IMG/VR virus record: IMGVR_UViG_3300005613_000001
Span: 463,113-527,112 of that record
DNA: 64,000 nt
Reading direction: 5' to 3' (one strand)
Position numbers and translations under genes: made by a program. Every line of letters begins with the position of its first letter. Within the stretch, counting starts at the first letter, position 1. The notes under the pieces are model-generated. The model saw only the letters and a program-made list of their open reading frames with translations. It ran no database searches and was not told where the DNA came from. Below are positions 1-9,344 of this stretch, in pieces.

Positions 1-6
1 GGGCTG

Positions 7-876
7 GTGGAAATCGGGTTCGGTATTTTCGGCTCGGTGGCCGATATTACCCCCCAAATGGCGGAGGATTGGTTGGCTACCAACACCAACAATCGTCGGC
101 CAAAAGAACGCTCGATCAAGAAGTATTCGGGCGATATGGCTGAAGGCTACTGGCGGCTCACTCACGAAGCGGTCGCGTTCGGCTTGGATGGTGAACTGAA
201 GGACGGTCAAAACCGCCTCAAGGCGATTGTTCGTTCTAACCAGACCGTCCGTATGATGGTTGTGGTCGGCATTTGCGACGAGGCGAAAGCCGTCATTGAC
301 CAGAACGTTCCCCGCACACCGCTGGATGCCGCCCGCTTTCAGGGGGTGGATGTTGGTCCCAATTCCCGCACCCGCATCGGTGGCGCTAAAATCGCCTATG
401 TTGGGATGAAGGGTCAGTCATTCAGCGTTTCGAACAGCAAGACCCTGGAATTGCTGGACGACTTCTGTGTGCCCCTGGATTTCGTTTGGGATCATCTTGA
501 TCGTGTCAAGGGTGTTTGCGTCGGCGGCGTGATCGGAGCCATCGTGCGGGCATACATCCACTGCCAGGACGATCCCAAGGCTATCGCCCGGCTCAAGCGA
601 TTCTGCGAAATCCTGAGTGACGGGCAGTACGGCAATGTGGACGCCGATGTTGCCGCCTTCCGCCTCCGCGAACGGCTGATGCAGAAGGAGCGTTACGGCA
701 GCACGGGCAGTAAGGAAGCCTACGCCCTGTGCGAAAAGGCGCTGATCTTGTTCTTGGATGGGAAAACCGTTAGCCGGTTGAACCCCGTCAAGGTCGAACA
801 GTTTCTCTTGGCCCACGAAGTGCCGCTCGATGAGTTGCACGAATTGCCCCTCGCGGCACAAAAGCGACGAGACTAA
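7..876 (+). CDS. ParB/Srx-like (DGQHR-type) domain protein, probably 5'-truncated by the window edge
   Basis: Motif NTNNRRP...Y..DM..G.W......VAF..DG.LKDGQNRL.AI; the frame is open back to base 1; visibly more GC-rich than the rest of the window. Confidence 0.6.
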   Translation: MEIGFGIFGSVADITPQMAEDWLATNTNNRRPKERSIKKYSGDMAEGYWRLTHEAVAFGLDGELKDGQNRLKAIVRSNQTVRMMVVVGICDEAKAVIDQNVPRTPLDAARFQGVDVGPNSRTRIGGAKIAYVGMKGQSFSVSNSKTLELLDDFCVPLDFVWDHLDRVKGVCVGGVIGAIVRAYIHCQDDPKAIARLKRFCEILSDGQYGNVDADVAAFRLRERLMQKERYGSTGSKEAYALCEKALILFLDGKTVSRLNPVKVEQFLLAHEVPLDELHELPLAAQKRRD

Positions 877-893
877 ACGTTGCGGAAACCTGG

Positions 894-928
894 AAAGCCG
901 CCTCAATTTTTTGGGGCGGCTTTTTTTT
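894..928. terminator. Bidirectional intrinsic terminator between convergent genes
   Basis: AAAGCCGCC...GGCGGCTTTTTTTT hairpin, A-run on the left and T8 on the right. Confidence 0.85.
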
Positions 929-1952
929 ATCGACTCAAAATGTGTAGGAATTCCTGAGTAGAAGTTCCTTTGTAGTCCCTTTTGCTGTCCGCTTTAAATC
1001 GTGAATAATCCTTTTCACGCATGTCATACTTGCCGTATTTCTCCATTATCTTCTGGATTTCTTCAAATGATAGCAAACCTTCATTGTTGTAACTCAAGAA
1101 GATGTAGTTGAACTTGGCGGCGCTGATTATCTCATCTAGAGATTCGGGCACAGTTTTCTTGGAACAATATGTTGACCGCTCATATTCCCGCAACCCTGTC
1201 TTCCCTCTCGGTAAAAATTCATCATATTTTGCAATCGTATTGAGCAAATGATAGTTAGCACCGTAATCACGTTGGTTATATGGGGGGTCCAGGTAGAGAA
1301 TTCCGCCTTCAATATGATGAATTAACTCGTTGGCATCCTGGTTGTAGGCTATGTTGCTGCCATCGTTAATGGTAAATTCCGGCGCATGCAACTGCATTGT
1401 GCGTATCGCTGTCTTTTTGAACTTCTTTAGGAATGCCCCATAGACAGAAGCAGTGTTGGCAACGCAATCTGCCGCCTCTAATAATGAACATAAGTAGAAG
1501 TAATATTCGTTATCGTTGATTGCGCCGCTGGACAACCATCTTTCTATTTCCATTCTAATAGCATCAATCTTTTTGCCATTCTCATCACTGAAATACATCC
1601 TTTCCGATCCACCAACGCAATAGTTGTTGAAGATAAACCCCTCTACTCCTGGTAGTTCGTTTAAATATTTGAGGCGGTCTACATGTGGAAAATGTTGGTT
1701 GTTGCGGATATAGTTGCGGCAGAAGACATAACTGTAATACTCAATATCGTTAGCAATGACGGATTGAACGTGGGGTTTGAAAAATCTCCCTACGATTCCC
1801 GTACCTGCAAACAGGTCACAGAATACTTGTTGTTCTAAATCTGGTACAGTCTCTTTAATTGTCTGATGAATAAAATCTAAAAGTCTGTATTTAGAACCAA
1901 TATAGTTAATCTGACATTTCGGTTTCATTAAAATTAGCTGGCAACTTAACAT
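927..1952 (-). CDS. Dam/FokI-like (D12 class) N6-adenine DNA methyltransferase
   Basis: NYIGSK, DLFAGTG (SAM binding), ANDIEYYS, LYLDPPYN catalytic motif; true start may be MKPK near 1928. Confidence 0.9.
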   Translation of the reverse strand: MLSCQLILMKPKCQINYIGSKYRLLDFIHQTIKETVPDLEQQVFCDLFAGTGIVGRFFKPHVQSVIANDIEYYSYVFCRNYIRNNQHFPHVDRLKYLNELPGVEGFIFNNYCVGGSERMYFSDENGKKIDAIRMEIERWLSSGAINDNEYYFYLCSLLEAADCVANTASVYGAFLKKFKKTAIRTMQLHAPEFTINDGSNIAYNQDANELIHHIEGGILYLDPPYNQRDYGANYHLLNTIAKYDEFLPRGKTGLREYERSTYCSKKTVPESLDEIISAAKFNYIFLSYNNEGLLSFEEIQKIMEKYGKYDMREKDYSRFKADSKRDYKGTSTQEFLHILSR

Positions 1953-3057
1953 TCTCTAAAGTCTTTTGGGTAAAGACATATCTCCCACCTGTTTTAAAGC
2001 CCAACTCCTCCCAATCAATTTGGTTGAGTTTGTCTCTCATCATCTCTAGACGCATGGGTATGGTTGGGAATATCGCCAAAATAGAGCCATCATAGTTTTT
2101 ACAAGGGTGTAGAAAGAAAGGATTCTTCGCCCTTGTCTTGCAATTGACATATATTCTGGGCTCATCACTCTTATGGCACTCTCTGCCCCACTTCCACCAA
2201 TCCGCCTCTTTAAATTTCTTAACCCTTCTATTTAAGAGGCGGTCTTTGTGTTGCATGAGGTAGTCATTTTCCACATTGTAGTACATTCTCTTCAGCTTAT
2301 TGGTCGTCCGCGTGTAGGAACAAACGAATTCCTCATTCCCATCTGGATGCTCAAACACTTCATCGAGACCACTAACTGCTCCTACTTTAACAAAGAACAA
2401 ATCTTTAAAATCTAAGGAGTAATCTTTCTTAGTGAAACATATCTGCCCATTCATGCAGACAAAGTTTCTTTCCCCTTTAGTAGTGATGGTCTTTCTGGTG
2501 AGATTATCTTTCTCATACCGCCAAACTGCGCATGTGGGCGAGAAGCCTTTGAATATCTGTTTGTCTCCTAAGTCAAAAAAATGGGTTATTGTTCCTTGAT
2601 CCCATAGAAGTTGATTCAATTTAAAGCTGGAAGTGGCTTTGATGAAATCTCGGGGCGTAATGAAGATGATCTCCCCCTGAGCTTCCAAATGCCGAAAACA
2701 CTTCTCAATAAAAAACAAATATAAATTGGCTCTTTTATCAAACAAATCAAACCGCAATTTGTTTTTGGTGCCTTCTTGTATGTTTTTAAAAGCAACATAG
2801 GGTGGGTTACCCATAATAGTGACGAATTTGTTTTCTATTGAATAATCAAAAAAATCCATACAAAGACAATCATCAGGGCACAACTCTTTGTCCAATTCAA
2901 TACAAGCGCTAGGTTCAAGGAGTGATAAGAAATCTCCCTCTCCCGCACTGGGCTCTAATGCTGTGCCATGATTCCGCCTCAAATGATTCATCTTCCCTAC
3001 AATTTTTTGAGGCGTGAATATTTGACCTAGTTGTTCAACATTTCTGTGGATATCCAT
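1906..3057 (-). CDS. Eco57I/TaqI-like (gamma class) N6-adenine DNA methyltransferase
   Basis: QIFTP, LEPSAGEGDF, GNPPY, NLYLFFIEKC, IFITP motifs in gamma order. Confidence 0.88.
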   Translation of the reverse strand: MDIHRNVEQLGQIFTPQKIVGKMNHLRRNHGTALEPSAGEGDFLSLLEPSACIELDKELCPDDCLCMDFFDYSIENKFVTIMGNPPYVAFKNIQEGTKNKLRFDLFDKRANLYLFFIEKCFRHLEAQGEIIFITPRDFIKATSSFKLNQLLWDQGTITHFFDLGDKQIFKGFSPTCAVWRYEKDNLTRKTITTKGERNFVCMNGQICFTKKDYSLDFKDLFFVKVGAVSGLDEVFEHPDGNEEFVCSYTRTTNKLKRMYYNVENDYLMQHKDRLLNRRVKKFKEADWWKWGRECHKSDEPRIYVNCKTRAKNPFFLHPCKNYDGSILAIFPTIPMRLEMMRDKLNQIDWEELGFKTGGRYVFTQKTLENVKLPANFNETEMSD

Positions 3058-3946
3058 TTTCGATTAGAAGATTTGCCATTCGCACATAATCCATATTAAT
3101 ATCAAATCCATAGGCAGTCATTCCCAAGCTTTTAGCAGCGTATAACTCACCGCCAGTACCAGCGAAAGGAACAACAACAATCCCATCTTCAGGTGGTTTT
3201 GATGCCAAGAGCAGCTTAGTGCTTAATTCCAAAGGTTTTTGTGTGGGGTGGGTAACAATTTCATGTTTATCATGTTCTTTCTTTTTCATAGATGCGAAAA
3301 TATTATCACAATCTTTGCAATAAAAGAACCTTTCTACACGGCCCGCTCCACCGGCTAGGGCTGGAATTTTAAATACATCTCTTGGCAAAGCACCCTTATC
3401 ATGTGCTTTGTATATAGTTGTTTTCCCTTTTGAGGAAAACCGACCCTCTGTATCTTTTCTTTCTTTTCCTGCTGCGTTTTTCAAAAAGGTTGGGGTATAG
3501 GGTTCTCTTACATCATCTAAATTAAAGATTCGATTTTCGTCAGTCTTCCAAATTGCCAGCACAGATTCATGGCTTCGTTGCCAGAATTTATTTGTTGCTG
3601 AATTCTTATTAGTGTAATGCCAAACTAACCACCTACAGGGGTAGTCTATAGTGACAAATAAATGGGCGAGTATTTCAGAAAAGCCATAAATATAAGTTGT
3701 GCCTGAGGGTTTTAAAACCCGCATGGAATGGTGTATCCATTCTTGAGCCCATTCCACATATTCTTCAATCTCCACTTTGCATGTGTTATTCCCGAAATCC
3801 TTTCCAATGTTATACGGAGGATCAATTAAAACGATATCAGAATATTCTCTGGGTAGGTTTCTAAGACCCAAAGTGGCATCCAATAATGTCACTCTATTTG
3901 GAAAGAAATGATTTTTGACTATGCACATATTATTGAGGGCTCCCAA
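3035..3946 (-). CDS. Beta-class N4-C/N6-A DNA methyltransferase
   Basis: IDPPYNIG, HPTQKP, VVVPFAGTG; insert CKDC...H..H before HPTQKP. Confidence 0.9.
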   Translation of the reverse strand: MGALNNMCIVKNHFFPNRVTLLDATLGLRNLPREYSDIVLIDPPYNIGKDFGNNTCKVEIEEYVEWAQEWIHHSMRVLKPSGTTYIYGFSEILAHLFVTIDYPCRWLVWHYTNKNSATNKFWQRSHESVLAIWKTDENRIFNLDDVREPYTPTFLKNAAGKERKDTEGRFSSKGKTTIYKAHDKGALPRDVFKIPALAGGAGRVERFFYCKDCDNIFASMKKKEHDKHEIVTHPTQKPLELSTKLLLASKPPEDGIVVVPFAGTGGELYAAKSLGMTAYGFDINMDYVRMANLLIENGYPQKC

Positions 3947-4740
3947 AGGAAACTACTGCCATTTTGGAAAACATCAATATAAGGGAAACCATGTGGCAAT
4001 TGCAAGTCATCTCTGTACGAAAAATCGCACCCCAATTTATTAAATGGCACTTCCATTTCAACCAACTTAGTAATTCTTGCGTCCTCTGGGTCATTTGCAA
4101 TAGAATCAAAAAAATCCCTCTTAATGTAATGCCATAATTGATGAGATTGTGTAAACGTTATTTTATGATGAATGTTTGATTTGTCTGCGTTTTTTGTTAT
4201 GTAACCATTATGGTTTCCACTCTTGCCATAGGTTTTTTCCCAATTCTTCGCAGAGGGCACTTTAAGCACTTTTGCTTCTATCCAATACACATAAAGCCTT
4301 AAACAATTTTCTATTAAATCTTCTTGTTGTACTAAAAGCCCAATATAATCATAATGAATAGAACTTATATATTTAACTTTAGCATCTATCTCTGGCAATG
4401 CTGGAAAAACCTTTATGGCACACTGAGTTCTGTAATTGCTTATTTCAACAAATGCGTTTTGCTTACATAAAACAACCTTCTTTTTAAACCGTTTGTTCCG
4501 TCTAATTGGATCATATTTTGTAGTCTTATTAGCAATATTCCCGTCGTCAGCCCTAACATCAGTGCCAGGTGCATGGGAACCCTTCTTCCTCTGCACGTTT
4601 TTGTGACCACTATGTTTCAAAGACTGCTCTGTGATGTGCTCCCAATCAGAATAACCTACTTCTGAAACAACTTTAAGAAGATGTCGCAAATGATCCTCTA
4701 ATGCATTGTGAAATTTCTTATCATATATTTGACGTTCCAT
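3919..4740 (-). CDS. Putative PD-(D/E)xK-type endonuclease heading the methyltransferase operon
   Basis: WE...GSH..GTD.....IANKT...ISNYR pattern resembles phage restriction-endonuclease-like proteins; first gene of the MTase operon. Confidence 0.4.
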   Translation of the reverse strand: MERQIYDKKFHNALEDHLRHLLKVVSEVGYSDWEHITEQSLKHSGHKNVQRKKGSHAPGTDVRADDGNIANKTTKYDPIRRNKRFKKKVVLCKQNAFVEISNYRTQCAIKVFPALPEIDAKVKYISSIHYDYIGLLVQQEDLIENCLRLYVYWIEAKVLKVPSAKNWEKTYGKSGNHNGYITKNADKSNIHHKITFTQSHQLWHYIKRDFFDSIANDPEDARITKLVEMEVPFNKLGCDFSYRDDLQLPHGFPYIDVFQNGSSFLWEPSIICA

Positions 4741-4769
4741 TAATATCCCTTTTAATACTAACTCACAGC

Positions 4770-4798
4770 ATTATAGGGAGATTAAATTAAATTGTCAA
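4770..4798 (-). promoter_or_regulatory. Consensus sigma70 promoter for the nuclease/MTase operon
   Basis: Minus strand TTGACA (4798-4793)-N17-TATAAT (4775-4770). Confidence 0.9.
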
Positions 4799-4802
4799 AT
4801 AC

Positions 4803-4831
4803 TTGATTTAAAATGCTTCCCATAGTAAAAT
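4803..4831 (+). promoter_or_regulatory. Sigma70 promoter, probably producing a leaderless primase mRNA
   Basis: TTGATT-N17-TAAAAT ending 6 nt before the ATG at 4838; no SD sequence. Confidence 0.65.
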
Positions 4832-4837
4832 GTCGCT

Positions 4838-5857
4838 ATGCCTGTAGATTTTGATACATTTGTTGATTGGGCCGAAAGCCGCTTCGGAGATATAATTGTC
4901 TCATATCCCGAAGTTAAAATCAATTCAATATTTAAAGACAATGACCAAGATCATAAACTCTGGTGTAATCCCGATGGCGGAAAAGACAATATTGAACTAG
5001 GCGTCTACCATTGCTGGAAAACAGGGGAAACAGGCACGCTCGCGGGACTTGTTATGGAAGTGGATGGCTGCGCCTTTGAAGATGCAGTTGATATCCTCGG
5101 CGGTGATACGCCACTCACGGAACTCCAAGGGAAAATAGAAGATTTCTTCGATAACCTACAAACAAAAGAGGCGGCAGAAACCGAAGAGTCTGTTGATCTA
5201 AAGCTACCTCATGACACATATGCTATTGATGAATTGCCGCCCTGGAATCCATATCGCCAAAGAGCAGAAATTTATCTTAGAAATAGAAAAATCCCTACCA
5301 CTAATCTAATGGTCTGCACAGAAGGGATCTACAGGAATAGAATTGTTATCCCGTATTATGACGAAAAAGGGAAATTAATCTATTTCAACTGCCGGGCATT
5401 AAATGATAAACAAATACCCAAATACCGTGGACCTGAGAAAGATTTGGGAATCGGGAAGGGCGATGTTATTTTCATGCCCAAATGGCCCCCTAAAGGCGAG
5501 AAATTATATATTACAGAGGGCGAATTCGATGCTCTATCACTCTTTTATTCAGAGCTTTATTCAGCAGCTATGGGCGGTAAAAATCTCTCCGCAAAGCAAA
5601 TTCAACTACTAAAGGATTATATCCCTGTTATCACGGTTGATAATGACGAGGCGGGCAGATTAGCTTTGCTCACCATAGGAGATTACCTACTAGAACAAGG
5701 ATTTGAAGTTTATTACGTCCGACCACCCCAAGGATTTAAAGATTGGAATGCGTTATTTGAGGAATATGACGCCCAAATTATAAAAGGCTATATCTCTACA
5801 AATGAGAAGCTCTACACCGAAAACACCAGTGTAGAGCTTCTTGAAAAGAGCTTGTGA
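4838..5857 (+). CDS. dnaG: DNA primase (phage TOPRIM type)
   Basis: YHCWKTG zinc-ribbon remnant, YLRNRKI, RIVIPYY, FNCR, PKY, ITEGEFDAL, DND TOPRIM motifs. Confidence 0.9.
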   Translation: MPVDFDTFVDWAESRFGDIIVSYPEVKINSIFKDNDQDHKLWCNPDGGKDNIELGVYHCWKTGETGTLAGLVMEVDGCAFEDAVDILGGDTPLTELQGKIEDFFDNLQTKEAAETEESVDLKLPHDTYAIDELPPWNPYRQRAEIYLRNRKIPTTNLMVCTEGIYRNRIVIPYYDEKGKLIYFNCRALNDKQIPKYRGPEKDLGIGKGDVIFMPKWPPKGEKLYITEGEFDALSLFYSELYSAAMGGKNLSAKQIQLLKDYIPVITVDNDEAGRLALLTIGDYLLEQGFEVYYVRPPQGFKDWNALFEEYDAQIIKGYISTNEKLYTENTSVELLEKSL

Positions 5858-5947
5858 ATAAAACTCGCTTTCTCCAGAACACTCTGGATGAGCGTGCAAC
5901 GATTTATTCTTTACTTATTTTATATAGAACAAACTGGTTAAATTATT

Positions 5948-6478
5948 ATGTCCCAATTAGAATACTTTAATGGTAAGATCGTTACGATACTTACAACTCC
6001 AATCAATCGCAACTTTAAAGAAGAGGCCGCAGCACTAGGAAAACCCAAGCTATTTCCTGCCAACCTCATGGATCACTTTGTCGGGCGTTTTGAGAGTTAT
6101 GATGCACTAGGGGTGATGTTGGCTCACCCTGATGCCGCTGTAGGTACAAAAGCCTACTATTTTTTGGATAAAATTGTAGGGATTGTTGAAGAACAGGAAT
6201 TAAATCCTGACGATCCCCAGGAAGCTGAATTAATTGAAAAATACAAGGCATTAAAGCAAACACCGCCTCAAGATAAGGTGTATTGCCCCAAAGGACATGC
6301 ACTAGATATACCACCTAATATCAAACCTGGATCACTTGTAGCTTGCCCTAAATGTCAAACTCAATTCCAATTGCCTGACGATAATCCGCCTCAAGATAAA
6401 CCCGCCCCAATAAATCAATCCAACTTTGTGGATATTGATGGGATGTCCAAACTAGCAGAAGAAGCTAAATCAAAATAA
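5948..6478 (+). CDS. Sm/Hfq-like fold candidate with C-terminal zinc ribbon
   Basis: GKIVTILT...GRFESYDALGVML...YYFLDKIVGIVE resembles Sm1/Sm2 spacing; CPKGH...CPKC. Confidence 0.45.
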   Translation: MSQLEYFNGKIVTILTTPINRNFKEEAAALGKPKLFPANLMDHFVGRFESYDALGVMLAHPDAAVGTKAYYFLDKIVGIVEEQELNPDDPQEAELIEKYKALKQTPPQDKVYCPKGHALDIPPNIKPGSLVACPKCQTQFQLPDDNPPQDKPAPINQSNFVDIDGMSKLAEEAKSK

Positions 6479-7573
6479 ATCATCTAAATCATCAAAATGA
6501 TCGTCGTCGGTGGGTGTAGATATAAGCGTATCAATATCACCGGGTTCAGGTGGTGGTGGTATAAACTTTGAAGGTTCAAAAATCTCTGGACCTTCTTTTT
6601 TCTTTGTAGTCTTTTTCTTCGTAGTCTTTTTCTTCTTCTTTTTAGCAGCCGCCGCCTTATCTTCCGCAGAGCGTAATTTAATTGTCATCGGTTTCTTTTT
6701 CTTTGGCGTTGACGTTGGTTTAGATTTTGATTTGGGTTCTGGTTTGGGTTCTGGAGGTTCTGGTTTGGGTTCTGGAGGTTCTGGTTTGGGTTCTGGAGGT
6801 TCTGGTTTGGGTTCTGGAGGTTCTGGTTTGGGTTCTGGTTTGGGATATTGTATGGCTGGTCGTGGGGGTTTACGATGTTTGGTAATATAAACAAGTATAT
6901 CATCACCTTCAACCCCTGCTTCTTTAGCATCAACTATCCACTTCTCCGCTTCAGAAGGCGTCAATTTCATTTTTATCAAACTATCATATACATCTTTCTC
7001 TGCTCCCTCAAATGATGCTCTGGAAGGCTTTGGAGGCTTCTTTTCTTTTTTCTCTTCTTGTGCTTGTGGAATTTTCCCTGCCCGAGTAATAGCAGCATCT
7101 AAATTCCTTCTAAACAGCCTTTTCATGGTGTCTGCAAATTGATTAAGTGCAGCCCCAATGTTATCATTGCCCAATTCATTTTCTAATTGCAGATAAGCAT
7201 TATGGGTATCTTTATAAACTCCCAGACTTGCATGTTCGAGTCCTAGTTTTTTCTTAATAGCTTGCCACCAGCGAGGAGACTCATATTCCGTGCCCGTCTG
7301 TGGGGATTCCCCCGTAGACCAGTTGCGCATCCGATCTCCTGTCGCTTGCATTTTGTCCCCTGCCCTCCATAACCAGTGAGCCAAACCAGAGCCCTTCCCA
7401 GGTTGATTTTGCATTATTTGGGTGTATAAAGAAGCAACCATTCTATCAATTTGTGCATCAATAGAAGGCAAAAGATCACTCATGATTTGATCTTTTGTTA
7501 CACCGGCTTCCAGTTCGTCAGCCTCAATTAATTTTTGGGGATTTGCAAATATTTCATTAAGTGGGAAGTCCAT
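6470..7573 (-). CDS. Low-complexity Pro/Lys-rich protein, possibly a virion internal protein
   Basis: (PEPKPEP)n, KKKKKKTTKKKTTKKK, acidic C-terminus; no transmembrane segment. Confidence 0.6.
   Translation of the reverse strand: MDFPLNEIFANPQKLIEADELEAGVTKDQIMSDLLPSIDAQIDRMVASLYTQIMQNQPGKGSGLAHWLWRAGDKMQATGDRMRNWSTGESPQTGTEYESPRWWQAIKKKLGLEHASLGVYKDTHNAYLQLENELGNDNIGAALNQFADTMKRLFRRNLDAAITRAGKIPQAQEEKKEKKPPKPSRASFEGAEKDVYDSLIKMKLTPSEAEKWIVDAKEAGVEGDDILVYITKHRKPPRPAIQYPKPEPKPEPPEPKPEPPEPKPEPPEPKPEPPEPKPEPKSKSKPTSTPKKKKPMTIKLRSAEDKAAAAKKKKKKTTKKKTTKKKEGPEIFEPSKFIPPPPEPGDIDTLISTPTDDDHFDDLDDLF
6735..6844. repeat. 21-bp coding tandem repeat (4 perfect units plus partial)
   Basis: GGTTCTGGTTTGGGTTCTGGA at 6735, 6756, 6777, 6798; encodes PEPKPEP on the minus strand. 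Confidence 0.95.
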
Positions 7574-8082
7574 TAGATACCTTCTAATACATAGTCACCT
7601 ATTTTTTTCAAGGACATAAGGCAGGCATCAAATCTATGAAATTCACTTGACAAATATTGTAATCTCAATTCTTGAAACCCATTCATACCTGTATCTGTTA
7701 AATCGAAAAAGAATGATTGTCCTCTTCTTCCTACCACCTTATTTTTCTTTTTCATAAGTATATAGGCTGCGGCACCTAAATCTGATACTTCCCCTATTTC
7801 CCCGACATTTGGCTCATGTTCTCTCATTTTCTTGAGAGACATTAAGCATGAGTCAAATTTATGAAAATCGCTTGAGAGATACTCAAAATTTAGATTATCA
7901 AAGTCATCAAGCTCAGACTCATTCATAAGGAAATATACTGCTTGTCCTTTCTTTCCGCCGATTTCGTGCTTGTTCATTAGACAAAAAGCAGCGGCACCTA
8001 AATCGGTTACATACTTTACAACTCGTTTTTCTTCCACTTTCTTTACCTTTCTTATACTGCATTTTCTGCGGCGATCAAACAT
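7573..8082 (-). CDS. Tandem DUF5659-like domain protein
   Basis: Two internal copies: VTDLGAAAFCLM...YLSSDFHKFDSCLMSLKK and VSDLGAAAYILM...YLSSEFHRFDACLMSLKK. Confidence 0.65.
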   Translation of the reverse strand: MFDRRRKCSIRKVKKVEEKRVVKYVTDLGAAAFCLMNKHEIGGKKGQAVYFLMNESELDDFDNLNFEYLSSDFHKFDSCLMSLKKMREHEPNVGEIGEVSDLGAAAYILMKKKNKVVGRRGQSFFFDLTDTGMNGFQELRLQYLSSEFHRFDACLMSLKKIGDYVLEGI

Positions 8083-9059
8083 CCCCTGCTAACGCTATAA
8101 AGCGGATCAGTAGGACGGATTATCTTACCTATCTTAATTGGCAATTTCGCTTGTTTAATAACATCATTAAACAACGCATCAAACCCATTTGGCAAACTTG
8201 ATCCTCCGGCAATTACAATATCAATTGGATCGTCTGTTCTTGCTTTCTTACCTGCACCTGCCAAACCTTCTTTAATGCCTGTAGCTGTCTTTTCCATCAT
8301 AATTCTATATTGAGTTTGAATGGCTCTTTCTACAAGCGTGCTTGGTTCTTTCGTTAAATCAATATTTCTCTTTTCTTTGTTGATAAAAGTAGCCGTTTCA
8401 CTAACCGCCTTGGCAGCCCTTTTGTCAATCCAGTCACCACTATTAACTAATGAAAAACTAAATACTGGCGCACTGTAAATAGAGAAGCACAGATTTACCA
8501 TTCCCGCCCCAAATGAAATTCCAATGCCTGTATATGCCTTTTTCCCAAGCTCAGCATACACCAATGCTAAGCCCTCGTTAATGGGTTGAGCATTTACTGT
8601 GTGTCCGGTTTCATCTTTAAACGCCTTAAAAATAGCCTCTAAGACTTTACCGTGATAATCTGCATCGGTCTCTTCATTAATGGCATTTGCCGGGACGCTG
8701 TAATATAAGGTTTCTTTGTCCTTAGACACATTATCCAACAGGCTGTGGACCATAATTTTTAAAATCTGAAAGGCATGAATCTCACCCGGATTCACACACC
8801 CTTCTTTCATAGGTCTCTTTAGATTTAACGCACTCATCGTATAAGCCATATCTACGGCTTTCTGTCCCAATGCATAAGCAATATCATCTCGCTCAACAAG
8901 AGGAACGCCTGCATTTTTCATCATATTAAATACAAAACGGTTCTCTAATGGGAATTCAAGGAAGGCATTTACTTCCTTCTTATGAACAAAATTCTTATTT
9001 TCATCTCGCTGACAAGTCACTAAATTATACGTGCCCGCGTCAAAACCGATTCCTGACAT
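8052..9059 (-). CDS. Actin-like (ASKHA) ATPase, volactin/ParM-like
   Basis: Phosphate-1 GFDAGTYN, connect-1 INEGLA, phosphate-2 GISFGAGMVN, adenosine IAGGSSLPNGF, connect-2 PLYSVSRG. Confidence 0.85.
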   Translation of the reverse strand: MSGIGFDAGTYNLVTCQRDENKNFVHKKEVNAFLEFPLENRFVFNMMKNAGVPLVERDDIAYALGQKAVDMAYTMSALNLKRPMKEGCVNPGEIHAFQILKIMVHSLLDNVSKDKETLYYSVPANAINEETDADYHGKVLEAIFKAFKDETGHTVNAQPINEGLALVYAELGKKAYTGIGISFGAGMVNLCFSIYSAPVFSFSLVNSGDWIDKRAAKAVSETATFINKEKRNIDLTKEPSTLVERAIQTQYRIMMEKTATGIKEGLAGAGKKARTDDPIDIVIAGGSSLPNGFDALFNDVIKQAKLPIKIGKIIRPTDPLYSVSRGCLIAAENAV

Positions 9060-9071
9060 TGCTTTACCTTT

Positions 9072-9296
9072 CTATTCCTGTACCTGTTCTCCAAATTTAA
9101 TCTTACCCCCCGCCTCAAAATCGGGGACCATAAAGGGCTCATCTTCTTTTTGAGCTATTTTACCCTTGCCATCAACGGAAACCTTTATGTCATTAGTAGT
9201 TATGTTTAAATTAAGGTCTAATGTGATATTAACATCACATTCACCGTCTTTAGTCACAACGGTAACTTTGGGTTTGCCTTTTAATAACTGTACCAT
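9072..9296 (-). CDS. Small hypothetical protein upstream of the actin-like gene
   Basis: 74-aa ORF in operon orientation; ends in TAG in frame with the actin ATG. Confidence 0.65.
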   Translation of the reverse strand: MVQLLKGKPKVTVVTKDGECDVNITLDLNLNITTNDIKVSVDGKGKIAQKEDEPFMVPDFEAGGKIKFGEQVQE

Positions 9297-9344
9297 GCTT
9301 TATATCTATCCTACCAAATACCCATTTAATCTAGTTACTGAGAT

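Noticed and set aside
418-906. 162-aa minus-strand ORF
   Set aside because: Antisense to the GC-rich ParB-like gene; no motifs
5866-5894. Hairpin CGCTT..TCCAGA/TCTGGA..GAGCG after the primase as an ncRNA or origin
   Set aside because: A single hairpin without a clear U-tract or iterons; insufficient evidence
6470-7573. TonB partner for the ExbB/ExbD-like genes
   Set aside because: Has EP/KP repeats but no N-terminal TM anchor and no TonB C-terminal domain
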